A stretch of 52,259 nt of DNA, from the NCBI RefSeq assembly GCF_001194135.2, contig NC_068984.1:93893101-93945359 (forward strand), read 5' to 3'. Both the position numbers and the translations under genes were made by a program. The notes under the pieces are model-generated. The model ran no database searches. It was not told where the DNA came from and saw only the letters and a program-made list of their open reading frames with translations. Below, piece after piece: positions 25,440 to 36,218 of the stretch; positions within the stretch are counted from its first letter, which is position 1, and every line of letters begins with the position of its first letter. Origin of the DNA: Octopus bimaculoides (lineage: Eukaryota).

Positions 25440-25569
25440 AACAACAAACAAGATGAGGACACATATTTGTCCAATGTAAATAATGTACATTTTTACTATA
25501 GTTGAACAGTTTTTCAAAGAAAAAAGAAATCCATATGAACAATATAGTTGTTTGAGTCATAATCATTGC

Positions 25570-25895
25570 CAGTGCCATGCAAATGGCACCTATGAATCGT
25601 AGTTGTGGTCGCTACTGGTGCCATGTAAATGGCACCCATGTATTGCAGTTGTGGTTATTGCTGGTGCCATGTAAATGACACTCGCCAGTGAATCATAGTC
25701 ATGGTCATTGCTGGTGACACATAAAAACACCCATTACACTCCTAGAGTGGTTGGCTTTAGGAAGGGCATCCAGCTGTAGAAACCATGCCAAATCAGACTG
25801 GAGCCTGGTGTAGCTCTTTGGCTCATCAACTCCAGTCAAACCATCAAACCCAAGCCAGCATGGAGAGCAGACAGTAAATGATGATGATAATGATG
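25570..25895 (+). mobile_element. RTE LINE 3' tail or derived SINE with short tandem subrepeats
   Basis: CACCCATTACACTC..GAGTGGTTGGC.TTAGGAAGGGCATCCAGCTGTAGAAAC...ATGATGATAATGATG, shared with 22262-22700, 42480-42870 and 44270-44533. Confidence 0.8.
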
Positions 25896-26117
25896 AATGC
25901 TTTGCAACTCCAATGAAGCAATAAGGTGATACTCAGGTCACAGCATCTTATAGCAGAAACAGGTGTAAGCTAATGAAGTTCATAAGATAATTATTTATTC
26001 CTTTGTCATCTCAATTTTTATGTATATATAATTACAATGGACATGTAATTATATTTAAAATTTCTACTAGGATACTATTTCTGTGAAGTGCACATGCATG
26101 CACACACATTACAAAGT

Positions 26118-26153
<36 letters not shown>

Positions 26154-26337
26154 CATAATAAAAAAAATGATTTTCACAATGATTTTACTTCTGCACCATG
26201 ATTCCATAGTGGGAAATTTCCACAACAGATGAGGAAGTGGGGAAACGATAAAAAAAAAGCTTGTCTACTACATAAGTTCACTGATGACAATAGTGTCCAA
26301 ATACCTTAAAACCACCATGAAAGTTTGATATGGAAAC

Positions 26338-26880
26338 AACAACAGGCGCTACAAATATACATCATGGTTCAACACAAATGCATTTGTTACATCATACATA
26401 CACACAGCTGATATGGTCCTGTGGTTTAAAAAGTTCTCATATATGTATATTTGGGTGGGGTGGAGGATGCACATTTGGAAAACAACCTATACTCCTAATG
26501 TTTGTTCTTTATGTAGTGTGTTATTAACAAGTTGGCAAGGTGGAGCCCACCAGGCACCAGGCTGTTAACTAAAGCTGGAAATGAAAAGCACGAGAAATAA
26601 CTTTTTTAAAATCTACAATCTCTTATAAGTATCAAACAGAAAGGCTGCAGTATTAAACTAAATTATCAAGTCTAATACTTTCTGTCTCTTGAGTCAACTT
26701 TCTTAAGAATTAATAATCTATTGAGGTTAAACCTCAACTGACTATATATAATGCCCCCTACTACAAAATGAATATCTGAAATCTATAGCCCTACTTAGTT
26801 TACACCACAGCTAATGAGAAGATTTCCCGTAAGTAATCATCTTCACTGACTTACTACCACAAACCAATAAGTTTCAATAT
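26338..26880 (+). repeat. About 550-bp direct repeat, copy 1; copy 2 at 31338-31895
   Basis: Collinear throughout at roughly 85-90% identity by eye. Confidence 0.9.
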
Positions 26881-29800
26881 TACTGTCATACCTATTTCCC
26901 ATATATTTGCATTTGCTAGAAAAAATATCTTTATTCAGACATTTACATAGATTGAAATATTTTTTTCTGTTTATAGTTGTATACCCTTCCTACTTCTAAA
27001 CAGCCATGAACTAAGAATGGTAGAAGAGAGACTGAAGAAAGGGTTAAGAAAAATAGATGTGTCTCTCAAAGTTTTTTGATTTGACAGGTTTCAAAATTAG
27101 TAATTGAAATAAATGCAGTAAATATACTTCTATAAGAGATACAAGATGTATATTGAAACAAGAGATTTTGAGAATTATTAGGAAATCAAATATTAGTATT
27201 TTGCTTCTCCATATCAAAGAAGAAACACTGAACTTTCGTCATTATTATATAAAATATATTTGGTATAAATAAATAGAAATTTAGATATTATTTTTGTTTG
27301 GAGCTTGGATTTAAGCTATAACATAATACAGAGAAAAAATAAAATAATTGTTGCACTTTGGAAATAAAGATAAAAGTAAAAGGCAGAGTTTTTGTATTTG
27401 ACTTCCTTTCTCACATTGTGCAGAAATCAAATTCATGATTTATTAAGTGCCAAAAACCTAAAGTACAATTCATAACAATGAATTTTTTAAGTAGTTAAAA
27501 CCTTAGTTGAGAATGATAGGAAATGAAATTTAAAGATATATGTCATATCTATGTTAAAGGTATTATCATACTAGTGAAGTCATGACATCTGAAAATTTAA
27601 ACTTGATCTGTAAACCTGCCATACTAAAGTATTAAGCACTCATACAGAAGAACATATACAGGCATGTACATGCATGCACACAGAAAGAATGTGAAATATT
27701 CAGCTTTCAACTTGTCATTGATACATTCCAAAATTCTATTGTTTGAATTTTCATTCCATTTTGGATTTTACAGTACTGAGTTATTTAAAATTTTCAGTTC
27801 TGTATGTTTTAGTGTGGCATTTAATGTCTATCATTATCTAGTGCAATATAAATCATGTTAACCATACTGGTATACAGGTAATAATATTTTTGTGAACAGA
27901 AAGCACAATGGACATGTAATTATATTTAAAATTTCTACTAGGATACTATTTCTGTGAAGTGCACATGCATGCACACACATTACAAAGTAATAGTAATAAT
28001 AATAATAATAATAATAAAAAATGATTTTCACAAATATGAAATTTTTTTTCCAGGAGCAATGAAGCTTTTCAGTTGCCTAGAACATAGAAATATAAAACAA
28101 TGAACACCAAAAGGCTGGTGGGTGGCATTAAGCTGTATTGAGGAGAACAAATGTAGACACATGCTGGGAAAGAGGGAATTATAAAGATGTTTCCGAGGGA
28201 TTCAGGCTTACCACAGAAGGAGGCTGCAAGAAAGGCAAATAGTCATCATTCAAAATAGTAGAGATAAGAGTAAATAAATGACAAAATAAGAAAAATATTA
28301 ATTTGTTTGTTATGAAAAAAAAAAAAAAGTCATGCACAATTATATAAATTCTTAAGTAAATTAAGAATATTTTAAAGCTACTGTAACATATCTGTGTCTT
28401 AGTTCCTCCTGTGCATTGGGTGGCATTTAAACATATATCAACTATTTTTGTAAATCAGAAAATATGCAGTTTTATTGAAAAAAAATCTTCCTGGGTACAA
28501 CTGAGGTCAAATTTGCTTTCCATCCTTGGATCAATGGCATTGACTACACCCTCTCCCTCAAAAACTGCTGGACTTGTGTCTAAATCAGAAACTATATTTT
28601 TAACTATTTAATGTCTGTACAGTAAAGATCCAAGAAACTGAGCTATTACTATCTTATGTTAAATGTGAAAGATTCAATTCAGTGTACAAATATGCCAAAT
28701 AATCTGGTTGTTTCATCTACTTTAAAATTCCTATAAAATTATTCAATAAATCTAAATTTATCTGTTCAACATTATGATTTTAAAATTAAATTTAAAACAA
28801 ATTATTTCACTAACAAAATAGCAATAGTAATAATATATGTAATAACTAGATAATTTGCAGCTTTGAAGATGCCTCTTTAAACAACAGATAAATTTGACAA
28901 CTTATCAAAACTTTAGATAATAAAAAAAAGAAGAAATTATTAGCTTTTAAAGGGATTATAAACACACAATAACTCAAAATTGAAGATTCAAACAGTGGTT
29001 ATTTTTGTTTTCAAGAATGAATCTTCACAAATGCATTAATATATCTCTGAGTAACAACACTCTCAAAGGCTTCATTAAATTAATATATTTTTTTTAAGTA
29101 CTGATAAAATTGCCCTTAAATCAGCAGTGTTAAGTCAAAGTTTATAACTCAGTAACAACTCTTAATTCAATAAAACCCTTCTATTTTTCACTGGGTAAGT
29201 TGAAGGTGATTGGTAGCATGCATAAGTATTAAAATGCAGGAATAGGTGTCAAAGTTAATCATGTTTTTGGAGGGCATAAAACATAATATATTAAACATGA
29301 TGACAGAAAACTTTAGATACTAATATGATATAATTTTTATTTGGAGATGATATTTATCTATTAGTTATTGTCATTTTGAAACTGAAGAATAATGTTTTAT
29401 GCTAATCATATTAAATAAATTCATTAAAAAGGAATTCAACAACAACCAAAGGGATACTTCAAAACATACATATATAAATGTAGCAAAACCAAAAATCAAT
29501 AAACAAAATAAATGTTAAAAGTTGATTGGCATCTTCAGATTTTGTGCAACATAATATGAATATAGAAATGAGCAATTTGCTTTCATGAAATAAGGCAGCA
29601 CAGACAAGATACAGAAGTAGAAGAAAGCTGGGACAAACAAGAAAAAAGAAATTGGAAAGTTAGATCCCTCACTCAATCTCATCTCATCAGTCTGTCTGTC
29701 TTTTTTAAAAGCAAATTGAATACAGGAGTTATAGTAGCAAAAGCACTAGTCAAAGTAAGTTAATTATGATTGAAGTGTATCTGGTGTAAAAGCAATACTG

Positions 29801-30293
29801 CAACACATATGCAGCCATTAGCAATGCTAAGAGTAAAAGCAGGGAATAGAAAAATAAAATGAAAAATAGTAAACATCAAAATAGGAACACTTAGTGTTTC
29901 AAATTTCATTCCTACAAACCTCACTCACTAAGTTAAGTAATTTTTGACAAATTAAATTAAAAAACTATTCCTTTATAAAATGTAGGCGATAGATACCTGA
30001 TATTGTTTGTAAACTGGGCATCTGCAACAAGCTATGATAATCAAAGCCTATTTTGAAAATTGGCTTAAAACATCACAGAAAATGCTAAGAAGTTTGTATG
30101 CATGAATATCATCATAAAAGACAATACAAAGATATAGATTGCTACACAGATAGATACATATAAGTAGGTAGATAAATTCATGTAAATAGATACAAAAACA
30201 AGTACACATATACATAGAATCATATATGTATACATATGATGAGTGTATTATAAAAAAATTTGAAAAGAGAAACGAAAAATGACAATAAATTAC

Positions 30294-30352
30294 CTTCTTC
30301 ATCACTTGGCAAGGAACCTACTTCATCTTCTTCATTGCCATCAATGTTATCC
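30294..30352 (-). CDS. srGAP: srGAP acidic linker exon between RhoGAP and SH3: (Q)DNIDGNEEDEVGSLPSDEE
   Basis: 59-bp exon bounded by TATTTTAG and GTAATT, in frame with the previous exon. The acidic SDEE linker resembles the TSDDE linker that precedes the SH3 domain in srGAPs. Confidence 0.8.
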
Positions 30353-30835
30353 CTAAAATATATAACTGCTTATTACCAAAAATATCTTTTTTAAATAGAA
30401 CAAATTTGAGAAATAATAACATATAATAATGGTATATTCAGTTTTTTTTAATATACTTAACATGAATACCATTTCAGATATAAAATGGATTTAGGATGGA
30501 TGATATCAGATGTACTTAAATCTCATACCTCCAAAAGAAATCATTTTAATGTCTTAATAGGTTTTAGGAATCTGCCAGATTGTTGAAACCATATTTACAA
30601 GCATTTTTTTTTAATAATTTTTTTTTATTAATGGATTTCTTCAAACAGTATTATATATAGTTTGCTGCAGTAGCATATATTAGTTGTTTAACCATTATAA
30701 AAAATGACATCCATATTTCAGGATTTAAATCAGTAATATACAAGTCACCATCCAGTAACTTAGTAACTACATAATGGAGTTAAATTACACTATTGTAGTA
30801 AGTTCCCAGGTTTGAGATAAGGACTATAAGGGAAG

Positions 30836-30877
30836 ATTTGAACTCATTCCCTTGATTTCAAGGGAATGAGTTCAAAT
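30836..30877. repeat. Perfect 20-bp inverted repeat with 2-nt spacer
   Basis: ATTTGAACTCATTCCCTTGA-TT-TCAAGGGAATGAGTTCAAAT. Confidence 0.95.
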
Positions 30878-32058
30878 ATTGTTATGGATTCTATATTGCA
30901 ATACTATATGTTACTATAAGCAGTTTTAAAGACATTAACTGAAATGTTTTTGGTGGATATGTTTTTAAACTTGAATACCCTTCCTATCAGTGACCATTCA
31001 ACTGTGAATTAGAAATGTAATCACTTTTGTTATGATGGTAAACTGAGTAGAGCAAAGTTATGTACCTTCACCTTGAGTAACTAGTTATTGTAGTAAAATT
31101 TAAAATTCCTTTATTTCATTTGTCTCAGTATGCTAACTTCAAAAGAGCTGCTATTCTTAGTTGTTTGATATAATATTCTATGTTAGAAAGGATATTTTAT
31201 TAAAGAACAAGGTAAATGTTAGGAGTCTGTGAAGCTTATGTCAGTGGGGAAAATTAACATAAAAACAGGGAGGAAGGCTTCTTTTCTCAGAGCAATAAAA
31301 AAAAGAAGTAACCATCCATGCAAAAAAGATACAAAGTAACAACAGGCTCTACACATATACATTATGGTTCAACACAAATGTGTTTGTTATATCATATACA
31401 CACACAACAGATATGGTCCTGTGGTTAAAAATTTCTCATATATGTATATTTGGGTGTGTGTGTGTGTGCATACGTGCATTTGGAAAACAATCTATACTCC
31501 TAATGTTTGTTCTTTATGTAGTGTGTTATGAGCAAGTTGGTTAGGTGGAGCCCACCTAGCTGTTAACTAAAGCTGGAGATGAAAAGCACAAGAAATAACT
31601 TTTTAAAAATCTACAATCTCTTATAAGTATCAAACAAAGGATGCAGTATTAAACTAAATTATCAAGTCTAATACTTTCTGTCTCTTGTATTTATAATTGA
31701 TCAGAGTCGACTTTCTTAAGAACTAATAATCTATTGAGGGTACCCTCAACTGACTACATATAATGCCTCCTACTACAAAATGAATATCTGAAATCTATAG
31801 CCCTACTTTGTTTACACCACAGCTAATGAGATTTTTTCCGCCTTAAGTAATCATCTCCACTGACTTACTACCACAAACCAATAAAGCTTCAATATGTGTG
31901 GGAAATTAACATAAAAACAGAGAAGGCTTCTTTTCTCAGAGCAATAAAAAAAATGAAGTAACCAACCATGTAAAAAAGAATACTGCTAGGCTATTAGGTT
32001 AGCTTCCAAATTGGATATTATGTTTAACTTTAAGGAAAGGAAAATAACCACTACTTAC

Positions 32059-32268
32059 TGATTATCCAGGATCCATTTTTCATAAACCTCCCCTCCATCA
32101 TTGAGAAAGATTTCTTCCTGATTGATGATAATAGTTTTGATGAGATCATTCACATTGCTTTGATAACTAACTTGGTCCCTGTCAGGTGGGATAGGAAGAA
32201 GGGTTGGTCCAAAGCAGATGGCAAGGTTGTAAGGATCCATCATATTTTCATCACTGTATTCTGACAGA
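32059..32268 (-). CDS. srGAP: srGAP RhoGAP C-terminal exon: (H)LSEYSDENMMDPYNLAICFGPTLLPIPPDRDQVSYQSNVNDLIKTIIINQEEIFLNDGGEVYEKWILDN(Q)
   Basis: 210-bp exon bounded by TATTCTACAG and GTAAGT. ENMMDPYNLAICFGP is diagnostic of srGAPs. Overlaps track ORF 32055..32243. Confidence 0.97.
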
Positions 32269-32598
32269 CTGTAGAATATATAGGGAAATTTAAAAAGTTA
32301 TATTTGTTTTGGTAACAATTTTTATTCAAAGATTTAACATGTTCATGCATGCATTCTGTGTCTGTCTCTCTCTCTCTCTCATACACACACACACACACAC
32401 ACACAACACTACCATCATAATCACTTATTGCCAGTTCAGCAAGAGGATGGAAAAATACATTCACATCAGTGAAATATCAGAGATGTTTGAAAGGCTCTTC
32501 AAGTTATTGAAGATAAGAAATATGAAAATAAAAAAAGAAGTCTGGATATGAACAACAGAGACACACTGACACAATATTTAGATAACTGAAATACCCTT

Positions 32599-35060
32599 AA
32601 TTTTTTTTTTTTTTTTTTGCAGGTGAATTAATTAACCAGAGAAGAGACAGTTCTAGACTGTTTCAGGTTTGAGAAAGAATCATTGGGAAATGTGTTTAGT
32701 GCAGAGTGTCTGAGGTTAGAAATAATATAGGGAGAGAGAGACAGGTGTATTGGATGGATTGGGACAAAGATAAGTGGACTGCAAGTTCAGAAGAAAGGAT
32801 GGCATTGCAGTAGTGGCATAAAAAATAGAGAGAAGAAATAGCAGTTTTGTGAGTTAGTGGTTGTAGCATCTTGGTGAGTTTTTGTCAATCAGTAGAATGG
32901 CTCTCTTTTAGATGAAGCTCCATCTTAAGAAGGTAGTTTTCGATCACCCTGTTCTTCTCAGGCAGTTGAGAGTCTGTTACTGAGCCATGTTCTTAGATAG
33001 GAAAGAGGTTTTCAACAAGATGGAATACCTATCTTGGAGCAGAGTTGTTCTTAAGCTTCCCTTTCCAAAGTTAGAGTCTAGTCTTCTCTTGGGAGAGCAA
33101 ATTAGCAAGCAGATTCAGAGAAATTGTCCTTTGACAGGGATGGAATACATTATTGTGTGTTTCTATAGATAAATATATACTCCTACTGATAGAGAAAACT
33201 GAAGCTTTTAGTGAGGACTGGAGTTAACTATGTTGCATACTGTAATTGAAGGAACACTGTCAGCACCTCGTTGATTTGAAATGACTAAAGGTACTTTTCC
33301 ACTTGGTGTGTGTGAATACAAGGTGCTGTGCTGGGTCTGGAAGGATTGAAGGGAACAGATTTGGAGAAGATTTGCTAAGTGTGTGCATCCTGAACACACT
33401 TAGTTGCAAAGCAGACAGCAGTGGTAGTAGTTTTCTCCACATGAATGGTGTTCATGGAACCATCATCATTGGTAAGAGGAAGGAAATAAGATTCTGCAAG
33501 CTTGGTAGAAATCCTTTCAGTAAGGGAGCAAAGTTACCAAAAGAATCTGTTGTAGTTTGAAGAGCATTATAACTTGAGTACTGTATGATGCATGAAGTAA
33601 TTTTTGTGGTTTGGATAGTGGTCCCGTAAGAGTTGTGGTAGGTGGGGAATGAATTTCTCCAGGTAATGTAGGCCTGGGATTTTGCCTAAACACTGAACAG
33701 CTTCAGCAGAACTGAGTGAACCACTTGGGGTACTTGGGGCACTAAACTTTTGCTGTGCGAGAGATGTGGAGAGACATGCCTAAAATGATAGCTTCAGCTG
33801 CCCACCAAGCTATTTCTGCTGAATTAGTAAGTGAAGATCATATCATGTCAGGTGCAGGTGGCACAGAACTCTTACTAGTAAGCTGATTTGATGACCCAAT
33901 AAACGCAAAGGTAGTTACAGTTTAGTATAGATTAGGTTTGGAGGTGAGAATGAGATCAAGGTGTTTGGTAGTATCTGTGGGATGTACAAGTGTGAGTTGG
34001 AAACAGTGAATCTGGGAGTCATTATTACTGCTATCCAGGTGAGAGAGGTGAGTGGAATGATAAGTAGAATCTATGTAAGCACAGATGCCACCTTTTGGTG
34101 TGCAGTAAAAATAAAGAGTGTAGTCTTGATAGCATACATGATAGGAGATAGAGTTTGAGAGATCTGTATTATCTATATATAAGAGGTGATGAGCAGAATG
34201 TAGGTTGGAATGAAGCCCACTGATACTGAATAAGAGGAGGGAAAATTGTCTTTTACTTCTGCTTTTTGGTATTTCAAGGAAAAGTAGTGAGTGGTGATGC
34301 ATTGAAAACTCAAGGCAAACCCTAGGCACTAAAGAGCTAAGTGGTGGGTCAAACCAGATGGAATCCTACCCATTGTCCTAAATAAGAGAGGAAGAGAAGG
34401 GAACCTTTTATATCACAAAAACAATACTCATTTTTTTTCATAGTAGTAAAAGCAGCATCAGCAGTAATAGTAGAAGAAACAGTAGTAGTGATCAGTGATA
34501 GTGATAGTTTTACATAGTTTTGCTTATTGTTGGAGAGTCAGTAACAGAAAAGAGTAACTTTGAACCAGAGTGAGTTCATTGCTGATATCTAGATGAAAGA
34601 AGTGAGCAATGGGGAAATGCAAACAATGGATTCTATTCATAAGCAGCTACAACCTTTCAAAAAGAAGTTGGAATACAGATTATAGCCAGGATTACAGAAA
34701 TGGGTTAGAGCTAAAAGAGATTTGTGCTTTGGAGAAGAATAGATGTGTGGCTTGAATATTAGTGGGATGTGGTGAATAGGACACAGGTAGGGCCAAAGTC
34801 ATCAAATGTTGATGTAGAGTAAGAAGTATCCAACAGATTACTTGATTCCGAAGGAGTGTTTTAGTTGAGGGCAAAAAGTAGATACCATGGCTCATGGGTT
34901 ATTCCTAACCACTATATCAATCCTGGTTAGAAACCCAGCTGACAGTTAGAGGCTTTGAGTGATATCATGGAAACCTGTGTTCACACAAGAGGGACACTGA
35001 TTATCAACTGTCAGAAGAGAAGATATAGAGTCATATGTCAGTTAATATAGGAACTGACTT
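32599..35060 (-). mobile_element. CR1/L2-type LINE relic (AP endonuclease plus C-terminus, RT largely missing) with A-tail
   Basis: Track ORF 33922..34329 has endonuclease-start text ISGLHSNLHSAHHLL...PKGGICAYI. A C-terminal KERAILLID-like segment lies near 32900. The T-run at 32599-32618 is an A-tail on the minus strand. 34480-35060 is a further degenerate fragment. Confidence 0.65.
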
Positions 35061-35106
35061 GCTATTATTAAAAAATAATGACTTTCAAAATATTACAGAT
35101 ACTTAC

Positions 35107-35212
35107 TGATTTAAGAAAGCAAAGAGATATCTCATTACAATAAAGATGGATCGGGGTAGGGTGGTTATTAATTCCTTAATCTTTTCAATACGTACATTAG
35201 GATCTTCTACTC
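35107..35212 (-). CDS. srGAP: srGAP RhoGAP exon: (R)VEDPNVRIEKIKELITTLPRSIFIVMRYLFAFLN(H)
   Basis: 106-bp exon bounded by TTTCTTTTTCTAG and GTAAGT. MRYLFAFLNH is the srGAP motif, and phases fit both neighbouring exons. Confidence 0.97.
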
Positions 35213-35801
35213 CTAGAAAAAGAAAGAAAATAATTAAAATTCAACTGAAAGCAAATTTGAAGTGCAAAAATGTAATTTAATACAGTGCAAATTAGTATGA
35301 GTAATCACTTTCTTATTAATTTTCATTCATACTTTTTGGGAATCAATCATATGAAAATAATATCTAATGAACATAATATACTTTGAACATGCAATTCTAC
35401 AATCCAGTAATCCTCCATATGAGAAGCTTTAGAGGTAGTTTTTGCCCTTAGACTTTTCTAATGCTAAAATATTAAAGCTTATATCTGTATCTGTTCTTAT
35501 TACTATTACAATGCTTCCCCACTGAAGACTCCTATAATTGAGAATACATAGATTTCAACATACCAAATAGACTGAAGACAGTAACAACTCACATTATAAT
35601 ATAATGAATATCTTTTGGTTCATTGTATGCTCCTTAGACCTTGTTAGATATTACAATTATGAATAGCATTCTATGAAACATTAAGGATGAAAAAACAAAA
35701 GACATCTTTGTTGGAGATGCTGAGAGATAAGGGGTCTGATATAAAATAATCTTAAGTAAAATTGTCAAAGGAAATATATCTAACTGTATGCTACAAGACA
35801 G

Positions 35802-36218
35802 TTAACCCTTTCGTTACTATATTTCTGACCAAAATACACCCCTTATGAGTTTCAATTAAATTCTAAAATAATCATGAATTTAGACTAGTCTCATTAAACA
35901 CCTGTAACTTTTTTATTTATCAACATATTAATGTGATATTTGGAACATAATTAAAGAAAGGGTTCTTAATCAATTCTATTGCATAATTTTTGTCTCAAAG
36001 TTCTTCACGTACTGGGCGGCGGGGTGTACTGCTAGTGTCTCTCACATGTAAATATTGGTTCAGCTTCACGAATCGTACTCGTTCATAATACTGGAAATAT
36101 ATTCATCGCCAAAAGGTTCCTGATTGCTCCAGTAATTTGTTATTCTGGGTAACTGTCTAATACCCATAATAATATTTATGGCAAAAAATGCCCGTACTTC
36201 ATCTACAGTTGCAGGAAA
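35802..36218 (-). mobile_element. piggyBac element end with transposase fragment, running into the N gap
   Basis: TTAA-CCCTTTCG terminus at 35802. The minus strand from 36218 reads FPATVDEVRAFFAINIIMGIRQLPRITNYWSNQEPFGDEYISSIM, then a frameshift, then RVRFVKLNQYLHVRD (PGBD-like). Confidence 0.85.

Noticed and set aside
29997-30021. Candidate 25-bp srGAP microexon on the minus strand (TTGCAG / DAQFTNNI / GTATCT)
   Set aside because: Splice-like signals occur by chance at this density, the donor is weak and there is no recognisable homology. It needs RNA-seq.
32599-32630. Strong plus-strand acceptor-like T19-GCAG
   Set aside because: Better explained as the A-tail of the minus-strand LINE, and no plus-strand exon follows.
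35518-35560. CTGAAGA-CTC...GAG-AATAC, HHR-like start
   Set aside because: The GAAA core is absent and stems I and III do not close.
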